Assembly: GCA_038108555.1 (NCBI GenBank)
Contig: JAYNIA010000005.1
Location: forward strand, 1-64,000
DNA length: 64,000 bases
Direction: 5' to 3'
From: Nitrospinota bacterium
Lineage (GTDB): Bacteria; Nitrospinota; Nitrospinia; Nitrospinales; VA-1
Within the stretch, counting starts at the first letter, position 1; each line of letters opens with the position of its first letter. Positions 8,996 to 17,813 of this stretch are shown here, in pieces. The notes beneath the pieces are model-generated. The model made no database searches, had not been told where the DNA came from, and saw only the letters and a program-made list of their open reading frames with translations. The position numbers were made by a program, and so were the translations under genes.

Positions 8996-9625
8996 TCAAG
9001 GATGCCAGCGGCGGGCACTTCGAGTAAATTGGAGCCCCCAATAGACCTGAGCCCCAATAGCAGAAGGAGGGAGGATGTACCAAAGCACACCCCCCAGACT
9101 TAACATCAAGACGATGAAGCAAAAATCACTGCGAATCACTCGGGCGTTTAGAACAAAGCGATCCATTTTCGAATCATCTTCCTTCATTGAAGTTTCTTCT
9201 TCAGTCAACTGGCTCGAGTGCGGTTTGGTCCTGTTTTGGTATAGTTCGAGACCATAGTTTATCGTCCCACCAATGCCTGCCAGCAAACCTGACCACCACC
9301 AGATCTGTTGACCCGTAACCGAAGTGGCACCCCAGCCCAGACAAATAAAAAATTCAGCATGAACAATCCAATCCACGAAGGTATCGTAGCGCATCCCGAA
9401 AATACTTCGCATATCCTTGATCCGGGCTATTTCTCCATCACAATTGTCCAGCACATAACAAATCAAAAATAAAATCGACCCCGTAAGAATAGCCAGGTAA
9501 TCACCTCGAAGGCAAACCAACCCTGCCGACAAACCAAAAATCAAACTCAATGTAGTTATTTGATTTGGTGTAATCGGAGTCTCCTTCAAAACCATTGTCA
9601 CGTGATAAGACAAATGCCTGATCAA
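8996..9625 (-). CDS. CDP-alcohol phosphotransferase family protein; true start may lie upstream, near 9697
   Basis: ITPNQIT; DNCDGEIAR...GMRYDTFVD signature; frame stays open upstream of the TTG with no ATG. Confidence 0.85.
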   Translation of the reverse strand: MIRHLSYHVTMVLKETPITPNQITTLSLIFGLSAGLVCLRGDYLAILTGSILFLICYVLDNCDGEIARIKDMRSIFGMRYDTFVDWIVHAEFFICLGWGATSVTGQQIWWWSGLLAGIGGTINYGLELYQNRTKPHSSQLTEEETSMKEDDSKMDRFVLNARVIRSDFCFIVLMLSLGGVLWYILPPSAIGAQVYWGLQFTRSARRWHP

Positions 9626-9853
9626 AGGTTGAATTTTTTTAGGAGGCTCCAGGGGTAACCCTGCCTTGGTTTTAAACGTTGGGTCTGTAGTATTTATGAT
9701 TTTATTGCCGATTAAAAAGTGGAAGGATTTTGACTAAACACACAATAATTAATATTGAACACCCTAAACCTTACTGTCGCATTCCTATTTATGCAATAGA
9801 ATTCAACTTTCTCCCCCTCTACATGGTCATTTTTTACATTTAGCTTCGAGAGT

Positions 9854-10333
9854 TTAAAAATCCTCTTCAGTTAATACCGCCTCTTCTACCTTTACGAGAC
9901 ACCCTTTTACATCCAGATACACAATTCCCTTATTATTAATTTGATAAGATTTTGAACTACCCTGATGCTTTGCCTTAACCAAAAATTGCTGTTCCATTCC
10001 ATTAACAACAACGATCTGGATTTTCTTTTCTTTGGCACCAAAAAATGTATCAACTATCGCCTGTGAGCAAATCTTACCGGGGCCTTGTTTTAGCCAGAAT
10101 ACCTTGCATCCCATATAGACTTTATCCAAAGCCCAAATGGGAGCGGAATCGATGTCTTTTCGACCTTTTACATTCTGTTCATTCATTACCACCCAGGTGA
10201 TCCCTATAATTACTAATAGAAATAAAAATCTAATAAACCCGGAGTGATTCTTTTTCCGTACATGCCGAATCTTTTTCTCAGGCTTTTTTTTAATCCTACG
10301 TCTGGTTATATGCTTGACTACATGTTTAGTCAT
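9854..10333 (-). CDS. Single-TM hypothetical protein, possibly pilin-like
   Basis: Basic N-terminus, G|F followed by a hydrophobic helix, Cys pair in the soluble domain. Confidence 0.6.
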   Translation of the reverse strand: MTKHVVKHITRRRIKKKPEKKIRHVRKKNHSGFIRFLFLLVIIGITWVVMNEQNVKGRKDIDSAPIWALDKVYMGCKVFWLKQGPGKICSQAIVDTFFGAKEKKIQIVVVNGMEQQFLVKAKHQGSSKSYQINNKGIVYLDVKGCLVKVEEAVLTEEDF

Positions 10334-10502
10334 AACGGAATCTCTCTGGCTCCACTGGTTTCTTCCATTATATCCGTGCCGATGCTAACTACCCACCTTT
10401 CCTTTAGATGCCTATATATATTAGGAACTTTTAAGGGAAGAATTATTCCAAATACAATTGATTTTGTTGGGCACACGCACTTGAAATTGCTACAATTAAT
10501 TC

Positions 10503-12332
10503 ATGCCATTAAGAATTGCACTTGTAAATATGCCCTTTGGGTTCCATATATATCCCTCAATCCAATTGGGCACCCTTACCACTTTGTTTAAAGCAAAAGG
10601 ATGTGCGGTAAAGAGCCATTATCTAAACCTTTATTTTGCGCATCAACTAGGGTTGCCTGTTTACAACCAACTCTGTGAGAAAAGATTCCTGGTGGGAGAG
10701 TGGCTTTTTTCGCACATCCTTTTTGGGGATAACCCAAAAAACCTGGACTATCCAAATCATTTTGCCCCTCATATAGATGAAATTTGCCAATCCATTGACA
10801 GGCCTAAAGAATTTTTATTGGATGTAAAAACCAAAATGGTCCCGGAATTCCTTGAATGGTGCCGGGATGCGGGCAAATGGGAAGACTTCGATGTCGTGGG
10901 TTTTTCTTCCACCTTCAATCAAAACATTGCCAGTTTGACCCTGGCAAAAATGATCAAAGAAAAATTTCCACATATTAAAATACTTTTTGGCGGTTCCAAT
11001 TTTGAATCCGAGATGGGCCTTGAATATTTTCGAGTCTCCCCCTGGGTGGATTACGTTGTTCCGGGAGAAGCAGAAGATATTTTACCCAACCTGGTCGATT
11101 ATCTGGAAAAAGGGGGCCCGGTTCCCAAAGGGGTTATTCATCGTTGTGAAGGGAAAGTCCTTTATGAAGAACCGGAAGCCATGTTCGGGAATTTTACCGA
11201 ATATAAAGCGCCTGACTATCAGGACTTTTTCGATCAACTCAGGGAAATCGATCCTGGCTCTTCTCTGTTGGAAAATCCAGTCATTCTATATGAAACCGCA
11301 AGAGGTTGCTGGTGGGGAGAAAAGCATCATTGCACATTTTGTGGATTGAACGCCAACACGATGAAGTTCAGGGCCAAGCCGATGGAACAGGTTCACACCG
11401 ATCTGGCTGAACTCTCACAAAAACATGACTCGTTTCGGTTTCGTCTTGTCGACAATATTCTGGAAATGAAATACATCGATGGGGTTTTTGGAAATCTGGC
11501 AGAAAAAAATTTTGATTTACAGTTTTTCATCGAAGTAAAAAGCAACCTGACCAAGAAACAAATTAAAACATTGGCTCATGGCGGAGCAAAAGTTATTCAA
11601 CCGGGAATTGAAAGCTTCAGCACAAATCAACTCCAGGAAATGGATAAAGGAGTTCGACCGATTCAAAACATCCTCTGCATGAAATGGTCAATGTATTACG
11701 GCATCGAAGTCAACTGGAACATTCTCATTGGGTTCCCCGGTGAAACCAACGAAGACTATCGACAACAAATCGACTTGATTAAACTTTTGTTCCATCTGCC
11801 ACCCCCGGAATGTGTGGGAGACCTATGGCTCGAAAGGTTCAGTCCTTACCATATGCGACCTGAAGATTATGGGGTGACGATCACGGCACCTGGCGAAGCG
11901 TATCCCTATGTTTATGACGATCCCAAAATAGATCATATGAAAATCGCCTACGATTTTGAATTCGAAACTTCAAATCAAATTGATCCTGCACTCAAGCAGG
12001 AGTTGTACCAAGTGGCAGCGGAATGGAAAAGGCGGCACCAGTCAGAACAGCTCCCTTTCCTGATTTTCACCAAGTCTATGGATTTCGTAAAAGTCTATGA
12101 TGACCGGACCCTGCAATCGACACAGATTCGACTTGAAGGTGCGGCAGCCAGTGCATTTGTTTTTTGCAACGAAGCTGCAAAAACCATCGATCAAATTAAA
12201 GAACATTTGGCGGAACAGAACATTGAGGGCTCTGCTGAAGAGGCGATTGCTTTCCTTGAAGGAAAAGGACTTGTATATGGCGAACGTGGCAAATACCTGA
12301 ACCTCGCTTTACCCCATAATTCAAATTTATAA
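10503..12332 (+). CDS. B12-binding radical SAM C-methyltransferase, RiPP-maturation (TIGR03975-like) family
   Basis: LVNMPF..PSIQLGTL; VVGFSSTFNQ; GGSN; ETARGCWWGEKHHCTFCGLN (CX7CX2C); IQPGIES; WNILIGFPGE; LERFSPY. Confidence 0.88.
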   Translation: MPLRIALVNMPFGFHIYPSIQLGTLTTLFKAKGCAVKSHYLNLYFAHQLGLPVYNQLCEKRFLVGEWLFSHILFGDNPKNLDYPNHFAPHIDEICQSIDRPKEFLLDVKTKMVPEFLEWCRDAGKWEDFDVVGFSSTFNQNIASLTLAKMIKEKFPHIKILFGGSNFESEMGLEYFRVSPWVDYVVPGEAEDILPNLVDYLEKGGPVPKGVIHRCEGKVLYEEPEAMFGNFTEYKAPDYQDFFDQLREIDPGSSLLENPVILYETARGCWWGEKHHCTFCGLNANTMKFRAKPMEQVHTDLAELSQKHDSFRFRLVDNILEMKYIDGVFGNLAEKNFDLQFFIEVKSNLTKKQIKTLAHGGAKVIQPGIESFSTNQLQEMDKGVRPIQNILCMKWSMYYGIEVNWNILIGFPGETNEDYRQQIDLIKLLFHLPPPECVGDLWLERFSPYHMRPEDYGVTITAPGEAYPYVYDDPKIDHMKIAYDFEFETSNQIDPALKQELYQVAAEWKRRHQSEQLPFLIFTKSMDFVKVYDDRTLQSTQIRLEGAAASAFVFCNEAAKTIDQIKEHLAEQNIEGSAEEAIAFLEGKGLVYGERGKYLNLALPHNSNL

Positions 12333-12340
12333 AAAAGTTC

Positions 12341-12946
12341 ATGGTCGAACGAAGGATAAAAGGCGAGCGTAAGCTGCAAAAAAAATACAACACCCGGAAA
12401 AGTGCAAATTCGTTTTATCAAACCCAGGTGCTGGATTTTTTAAATAGGGAAATGCAGGATTTTATTTCAGAGCAGGAAATGGTCTTCCTGTCCACTGCAG
12501 ATTCAAAGGGGGAATGCGATGCCTCTTTTCGTGCGGGACCAAAAAGTTTCGTAAAGGTTATAGATGATAAAACACTGATGTTCCCCGAATTTAAAGGAAA
12601 TGGTGTGATGGCAAGCATGGGGAACATTTTAGAAAATCCACGAATCGGATTGATGTTTATCGACTTCTATCGCTCTTCCATTGGACTGCACGTAAACGGA
12701 AAAGCAGAAATAATTACCGAATTTCAGGCAGGAAAACTGGTCAACCCCATCGATAAAGCCAAAGCCGAAAAAGAGGGAAAACACAAAACAAAAGTCTGGA
12801 TTAAGGTGAAAGTGGAAGAAGCCTTTATCCACTGCTCCAAGCATATTCCAAAACTAAAAAAGCTGGATAAAGTCATCCACTGGGGAACGGACGATGAAAA
12901 ACTAAAAGGGGGAGACTTTTTTAATACCAACGAGTGCAAACCTTAA
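12341..12946 (+). CDS. Pyridoxamine 5'-phosphate oxidase-like FMN-binding protein
   Basis: FLSTADSKGECDASFRAG; PEFKGNG..ASMGNILENPRIGLMFIDF; EEAFIHCSK. Confidence 0.88.
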   Translation: MVERRIKGERKLQKKYNTRKSANSFYQTQVLDFLNREMQDFISEQEMVFLSTADSKGECDASFRAGPKSFVKVIDDKTLMFPEFKGNGVMASMGNILENPRIGLMFIDFYRSSIGLHVNGKAEIITEFQAGKLVNPIDKAKAEKEGKHKTKVWIKVKVEEAFIHCSKHIPKLKKLDKVIHWGTDDEKLKGGDFFNTNECKP

Positions 12947-14556
12947 CCCATTCCCACTCCTGCAAAAGGAACACCTGCAAGTTCCGCCATTTCTTTTTTC
13001 CACGTCGTCAAATCGTTTAAATTGAACTCATTTAAATGCGTATGGCCACACGCCCGGTTCAATACTTTCATCAGCTCTACCGAAGCATTAAAAAATTTTG
13101 CCAGCCTCGCCGCAGATTCATCGACAAGCAACCTTTTTCTCAAGTTCTCTTTCTGAGTAGCTATTCCAACAGGACAGTTGTTGGTATGGCAGGCCCGCAT
13201 GCCGAGGCATCCTATAGCCTGAAGGGCGGAGTTGGAAACCGCAATTGCATCTGCACCCAGGGCCATTGCCTTTGCAAAATCTGCGGGGACTCTTAATCCA
13301 CCGGTGATAATGAGGGAAACATCCTGCCTTCCTGCCTTATCCAGATATTTTCTGGCGCGGGCGAGTGCAGGAATGGTGGGAACTGAAATATGATCGCGAA
13401 AAATCAAGGGGGCTGCACCTGTTCCTCCTCCGCGACCGTCCAGAATGATATAGTTCACTCCGATTTTCAAAGCCGCTTCAATATCATCTTCAATTTGCTG
13501 GGCCGAAAGTTTGTATCCGATAGGAATCCCCCCCGTCTCCTCTTTCACCTGATCCGCAAAATCTTTTATCTGACTCACATCCGTCCAATCAGGAAAACGG
13601 GCGGGGGAAATGGCAGGCTCTCCTTCTTTCAGTCCCCGGACTTCGGTAATTTTTCCTTTCACCTTGTCTCCCGGCAAATGTCCTCCGGTTCCGGTTTTCG
13701 CTCCCTGCCCCCCTTTAAAATGGAAGGCTTGGCATTTTTTCACCTTATCCATGGAAAAACCAAACCGGCCCGATGCTAACTCATAAAAATATTTTGAATT
13801 CGCCTCCTGCTCTTCTGGAAGCATGCCCCCTTCTCCGGAACAAATTCCCGTTCCCGCGAGCTGCGCCCCTTTCGCAAGCGATAATTTGGCTTCTTCCGAA
13901 AGCGCCCCAAAACTCATGTCGGAAACAAACAAAGGGATTTTTAATTTCAGAGGCTTTTTTGTAGAGGGACCAATAATAGTTTCTGTACCAATTTCAACTT
14001 CATCGAGTTGGGGAAACTTTGATATTTGTGCGGTCACAATTTGGATATCATCCCATTGGGGCAGTTCATCTCGAGGAACTCCCATTGCCGATGCGGGCCC
14101 ATGATGTCCCGTCTTTTCCAAACCATCTTTCGCCAGGGATTGAATGAAAGAAACATGCGGCTCATTTGAAGTACCTTCGGTATCTGCGTAAAGCCCCAGA
14201 TATTGATCTCTATTATAAGGTTGGGGGTTATCCTTTTCCCATTCACTGATTTCAACCTCATCCACCCAGACTTTTCCCTCTTCAATCCATGTAGTGAATT
14301 TGACCAAACGCTCATCATTATCATATTCGCTGATTCCCGTGTCGTAGCGAAAATCCCAACGGTGAACCCCACAAATAATATTATTCCCTTCAATAAAACC
14401 ATCCGCTAATAGAGCTCCTCGGTGCAGGCATCTTCCATAAAAAACAGAAACCTGATCATCGTATTTAATGACCACAAGGTCCACATTTGCGATCAACGCA
14501 TAGGCGGGGTCACGATCCGCAAGTTTATCCCAATCGGCAATGGCAACTTTATTCAT
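12943..14556 (-). CDS. Rieske [2Fe-2S] domain fused to glutamate synthase FMN-binding domain
   Basis: CLHRG...CGVH Rieske motif; MSFGALS, SGEGG, GQGAKTGTGGHLP, DGRGGGTGA; CLGMRACHTNNCPVG [3Fe-4S] motif. Confidence 0.9.
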   Translation of the reverse strand: MNKVAIADWDKLADRDPAYALIANVDLVVIKYDDQVSVFYGRCLHRGALLADGFIEGNNIICGVHRWDFRYDTGISEYDNDERLVKFTTWIEEGKVWVDEVEISEWEKDNPQPYNRDQYLGLYADTEGTSNEPHVSFIQSLAKDGLEKTGHHGPASAMGVPRDELPQWDDIQIVTAQISKFPQLDEVEIGTETIIGPSTKKPLKLKIPLFVSDMSFGALSEEAKLSLAKGAQLAGTGICSGEGGMLPEEQEANSKYFYELASGRFGFSMDKVKKCQAFHFKGGQGAKTGTGGHLPGDKVKGKITEVRGLKEGEPAISPARFPDWTDVSQIKDFADQVKEETGGIPIGYKLSAQQIEDDIEAALKIGVNYIILDGRGGGTGAAPLIFRDHISVPTIPALARARKYLDKAGRQDVSLIITGGLRVPADFAKAMALGADAIAVSNSALQAIGCLGMRACHTNNCPVGIATQKENLRKRLLVDESAARLAKFFNASVELMKVLNRACGHTHLNEFNLNDLTTWKKEMAELAGVPFAGVGMG

Positions 14557-14681
14557 GATGAGTATCCAAAAATTTAGTTAGGTTTTATAAAGTAATGACA
14601 AAATCAATGTACCTAATCTTTGTAAAAGAAATTTTAAATTCCTTACAAATTATTATTTTTCCTCCAGGTGAAAGGAAAAGC

Positions 14682-15251
14682 TCATTTATTAGAGGACGGT
14701 TTTTTGAGGGTTTCTTTTTTGGACTTCTTATCTTTGTCTATAGGTTTTTTGGCAATACCCCGGCGGTCTTCTTCAGTTCTTCTTTCAGCACTTTTTCTGC
14801 GGTTTCCCCAAATCCTTGACTTGTCTTTGAACCTTCTATCCTTTTTCCTTCTTTCTTTTTTTTCTCTTGTTATTATTTCTTTGCAAGAGTACTCCCGCTC
14901 TGACTTCCATTTAATTTGAATATAGGGAGGGAATACGGTTTCTTTATCTATATAGGATGATTCAATATCGATTGCGGAAAGATTGGTGGCAAAACTCAAA
15001 TTCGCGCCACGGAGGTTGGCGTCTCTTAAAAAAGCTCCTTGCATATTGGCTTTTCGCAAGTCGGCACGTTGCAAATCTGCCTCTCTCAAATCTGCTTCGG
15101 TAAGATCGGTTTCGCTTAAGTTGGCTTCAACAAGGATTGTGCCTCGAAAATCTGCAAAGCGAAGATTCTTCCCCTGCATTTCAGCTTTGGTCAGGTCTTG
15201 TTTAGAAAATTTCAGATTTCCCGGTTGATCGCTAGACATCTTTTCTCCCAA
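14682..15251 (-). CDS. Pentapeptide repeat protein with Arg/Lys-rich tail
   Basis: Tandem A[DN]Lxx repeats (ANLSE TDLTE ADLRE ADLQR ADLRK). Confidence 0.88.
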   Translation of the reverse strand: MGEKMSSDQPGNLKFSKQDLTKAEMQGKNLRFADFRGTILVEANLSETDLTEADLREADLQRADLRKANMQGAFLRDANLRGANLSFATNLSAIDIESSYIDKETVFPPYIQIKWKSEREYSCKEIITREKKERRKKDRRFKDKSRIWGNRRKSAERRTEEDRRGIAKKPIDKDKKSKKETLKKPSSNK

Positions 15252-15329
15252 TCTGCCTCATTTAATAAAGAAAGACAATTTTGGCTTAAACTTATTTCAC
15301 AAGGATAATGTTGTCAAGGTTTCAGGCAC

Positions 15330-16166
15330 CTATAAAAACACTGAAAGGGCGGTGTAGTATTGATCTTCAATATCCTTTTTCAACAAATCCACAGGTAGTT
15401 CTCTATATTCGAGGTTTTTAAGAGTCTCTTTTTTAACGGGATTGGGAATGGTTTCCCCACTCGACCCCAATTTGAGTTCGTCGACGATACAATCGGCAAT
15501 GTGAACCACTTGTGTGATCAATGGAAACTCTTTCGATTTTTTGGGCCGATGGTGAAAATAAACGGGTTCGAATAACGATTGTGGAAGCCCCCAGCCTTTT
15601 AACAATCTTCCACCGAACTTGGCATGGCTTGAGCCCAACACCTCCCTCTCCACTTCAAATAAATTTTCTCTGTTGGTCTTGCATCGCTTGACAATTTCCT
15701 CAGCTTTGGAGGGAAACTTCTTATAAATGACCAGACTTCCAATGTCATGCAACATTCCAACAAGGTAAAAGCTTTCCAGGTTTCTTTGTCCCTGACGGTC
15801 TGCAATAACTTTGGCCGCCACCCCACAGGCAATGGAGTGTTTCCAAAACGAATCCATATTAACGATTCGTTTGGGAATATCGCCAAACTTATCGATCACT
15901 GAAGTTGCCAGAACCAATTCCGTCAACTGTTTCGTACCAATTATCCGCAGAGCATGGCTGATAGTTTCTACTTTCGATTCCAATCCATAAAAAGGACTGT
16001 TTACAATTTTCAAAACCCGAGCGGCCAGGGAGGGATCGTGCCCAATGATACCAGAGAATTCCTTGAATGAACTTCTCGGATCATCCAATGCTTTTTTTAA
16101 CTTGAGATAAACGTGAGGTGGAGACGCCACCCAGTCTTTTACCGCTTCATCTACATCAGCAGACAT
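15330..16166 (-). CDS. HDOD domain protein
   Basis: DPSLAARVLKIVNSPFYG, FWKHSIACG, GMLHDIG, HHRP; ATG at 16166 follows GGAAAGG (ORF track starts at TTG 16181). Confidence 0.9.
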   Translation of the reverse strand: MSADVDEAVKDWVASPPHVYLKLKKALDDPRSSFKEFSGIIGHDPSLAARVLKIVNSPFYGLESKVETISHALRIIGTKQLTELVLATSVIDKFGDIPKRIVNMDSFWKHSIACGVAAKVIADRQGQRNLESFYLVGMLHDIGSLVIYKKFPSKAEEIVKRCKTNRENLFEVEREVLGSSHAKFGGRLLKGWGLPQSLFEPVYFHHRPKKSKEFPLITQVVHIADCIVDELKLGSSGETIPNPVKKETLKNLEYRELPVDLLKKDIEDQYYTALSVFL

Positions 16167-16187
16167 AACCTTTCCTATCAAAAACCT

Positions 16188-16526
16188 TTATTTCTTTTCC
16201 ACTACGATTATGGCACCACGCATGGTGGCATTATGAATTGCACAAAAATAATCAATCACACCAGGAGTCTCATCGATTTTCACTTCATATTCTTTAACAA
16301 GAAAACTTGCGTTGAACTTGTCATCATGGATTGGCGATTTTCCGCTGGTAACGGTATGCAACACCTCTTCTTTATTCACCCACTTTACCGTATCCCCTTT
16401 TTTGACTTCTACTACTGCTGGAAAAAATGCTGATTTGAAAATTTCCACTTCAACAGTTTCTGAATTTGCCGAAATTGCAAAAGGAAAAATAAGAAAAATT
16501 TGAAATATAAAGATACGAATACACAT
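16188..16526 (-). CDS. Exported cupredoxin (plastocyanin/amicyanin-like type-1 copper protein)
   Basis: Signal peptide; GDTVKWVN..HTVTSG; YFCAIH...MRG supply His/Cys/His/Met ligands. Confidence 0.88.
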   Translation of the reverse strand: MCIRIFIFQIFLIFPFAISANSETVEVEIFKSAFFPAVVEVKKGDTVKWVNKEEVLHTVTSGKSPIHDDKFNASFLVKEYEVKIDETPGVIDYFCAIHNATMRGAIIVVEKK

Positions 16527-16530
16527 ATTT

Positions 16531-17295
16531 TTATTTCACTTTTTCAGGGTCCGCAGCACAGCGAAAACCTAAATCACCTGCCTTGACTATGGGCTCATAC
16601 CAAAAACGGGCTGCAGATCTAAGGAAGAAAGGATCATTCTTATAGGACCCTCCTCGAATAATTAAAAACTGGCCTGCAGGAGGACCCTGTGGGTTAGTAT
16701 CTGGATCGGTCTTTGCGCTCATTTCATAAAAATCTTCCTGATACCAGTCGGCAACCCACTCCCAAACATTCCCATTCATGTCGTGGAACCCCCATGGATT
16801 TGACTTTTTTTCTCCAACCGGATGGATATCTCCTGAGGAATTCTCCTTAAACCACGCGTAATCACCTTCCATAGTTTCACCCCAGAAATAGGGGGAATTG
16901 GTTCCTGCGCGATTGGCATATTCCCATTCAGCTTCGGACGGAAGTCTTCCACCTTTTTTTCGACAATATTGTTCCGCTTCTATCCATGAAACATTAGAAA
17001 CGGGAAAGTTCAAACCTTTTTGGGTGGAAGGATTGAACCCCATGACGGAATCAAATTCTTTTTGTGTTACTTCAAATTTATCCATATAAAAGGAAGAAAC
17101 ACAAACTTTATGGATGGGCTCCTCAGAAACAAATTCTTCGCTGCCCATTTGAAAACAACCCGTTTCCAATAAAATCATCTCTGAGCGGCCCATCATTTCA
17201 GAATGAGCCTTTGAACCTGGGTAAATCACTGCCAACCCAATAATTACTATTTGGATAAGGACTCCTCTGAAAAATTTTTCTTTGAATGAAAAGAT
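16531..17295 (-). CDS. Formylglycine-generating enzyme (SUMF1/NirV-like) family protein without catalytic cysteines
   Basis: FQMGS, EVTQ, PVSNVSW, RLPSEAEWEYA, NPWGFHDMNGNVWEW, RGGS, GFRC; start proposed at ATC 17295 (ORF track gives TTG 17235). Confidence 0.85.
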   Translation of the reverse strand: MFSFKEKFFRGVLIQIVIIGLAVIYPGSKAHSEMMGRSEMILLETGCFQMGSEEFVSEEPIHKVCVSSFYMDKFEVTQKEFDSVMGFNPSTQKGLNFPVSNVSWIEAEQYCRKKGGRLPSEAEWEYANRAGTNSPYFWGETMEGDYAWFKENSSGDIHPVGEKKSNPWGFHDMNGNVWEWVADWYQEDFYEMSAKTDPDTNPQGPPAGQFLIIRGGSYKNDPFFLRSAARFWYEPIVKAGDLGFRCAADPEKVK

Positions 17296-17296
17296 A

Positions 17297-17794
17297 TTAT
17301 CCTCCTCCCAACTCGGGAAAAGCCCATTTTTTTATTACTACTGGCAATTCAGCAGGGTCTTCATAACCTTCTGCAATCAATTGATTGTTTTCATTGTCTG
17401 CAATAATTACCACCTGTCTTCCTCTTTCCATTTCCGGTTCATTTGGGATCAGCAAAAGATTTTTCGGTATGAAAGGAATACCTGTTTTTTTAACCATGGC
17501 TTCTTCTTCAGGGCTAAACTCCATTCCCCCTTCATAGGGAGGCCATTCCGCCGCGCCCATTTCAGAAAACATCCAGTTCAAAAAATCTTCAGGAGTCCCT
17601 TCAGGGTAGCCCGCAATGAAGCTCGATCGTTTTAACTGGCCCTCCGAAGACATGTACCTCAAAACATCAATCCCTTTTCTAAGTTCAATATTTTCTGTGG
17701 GTGCCGAGCAATTACTCAGATAGAAAAGGGGCAAGACCAAGATAAAACCAATGCCATACCAAAAATATAGCTTGTTTATTCTCTCCAGCATCAT
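17297..17794 (-). CDS. Membrane-anchored or lipoprotein hypothetical protein
   Basis: N-terminal TM followed by LSNC; in operon with neighbours. Confidence 0.75.
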   Translation of the reverse strand: MMLERINKLYFWYGIGFILVLPLFYLSNCSAPTENIELRKGIDVLRYMSSEGQLKRSSFIAGYPEGTPEDFLNWMFSEMGAAEWPPYEGGMEFSPEEEAMVKKTGIPFIPKNLLLIPNEPEMERGRQVVIIADNENNQLIAEGYEDPAELPVVIKKWAFPELGGG

Positions 17795-17813
17795 AGGAGA
17801 AACCTTTCAAAAA

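Noticed and set aside
10334..10502. RiPP precursor peptide upstream of the radical SAM gene, including ORF 10244..10591
   Set aside because: That ORF overlaps both flanking genes and lacks leader/core character; no SD-led short ORF found.
16531..16660. FGE/C-type lectin C-terminus as a diversity-generating retroelement target
   Set aside because: No reverse transcriptase and no template-repeat copy seen in the window.
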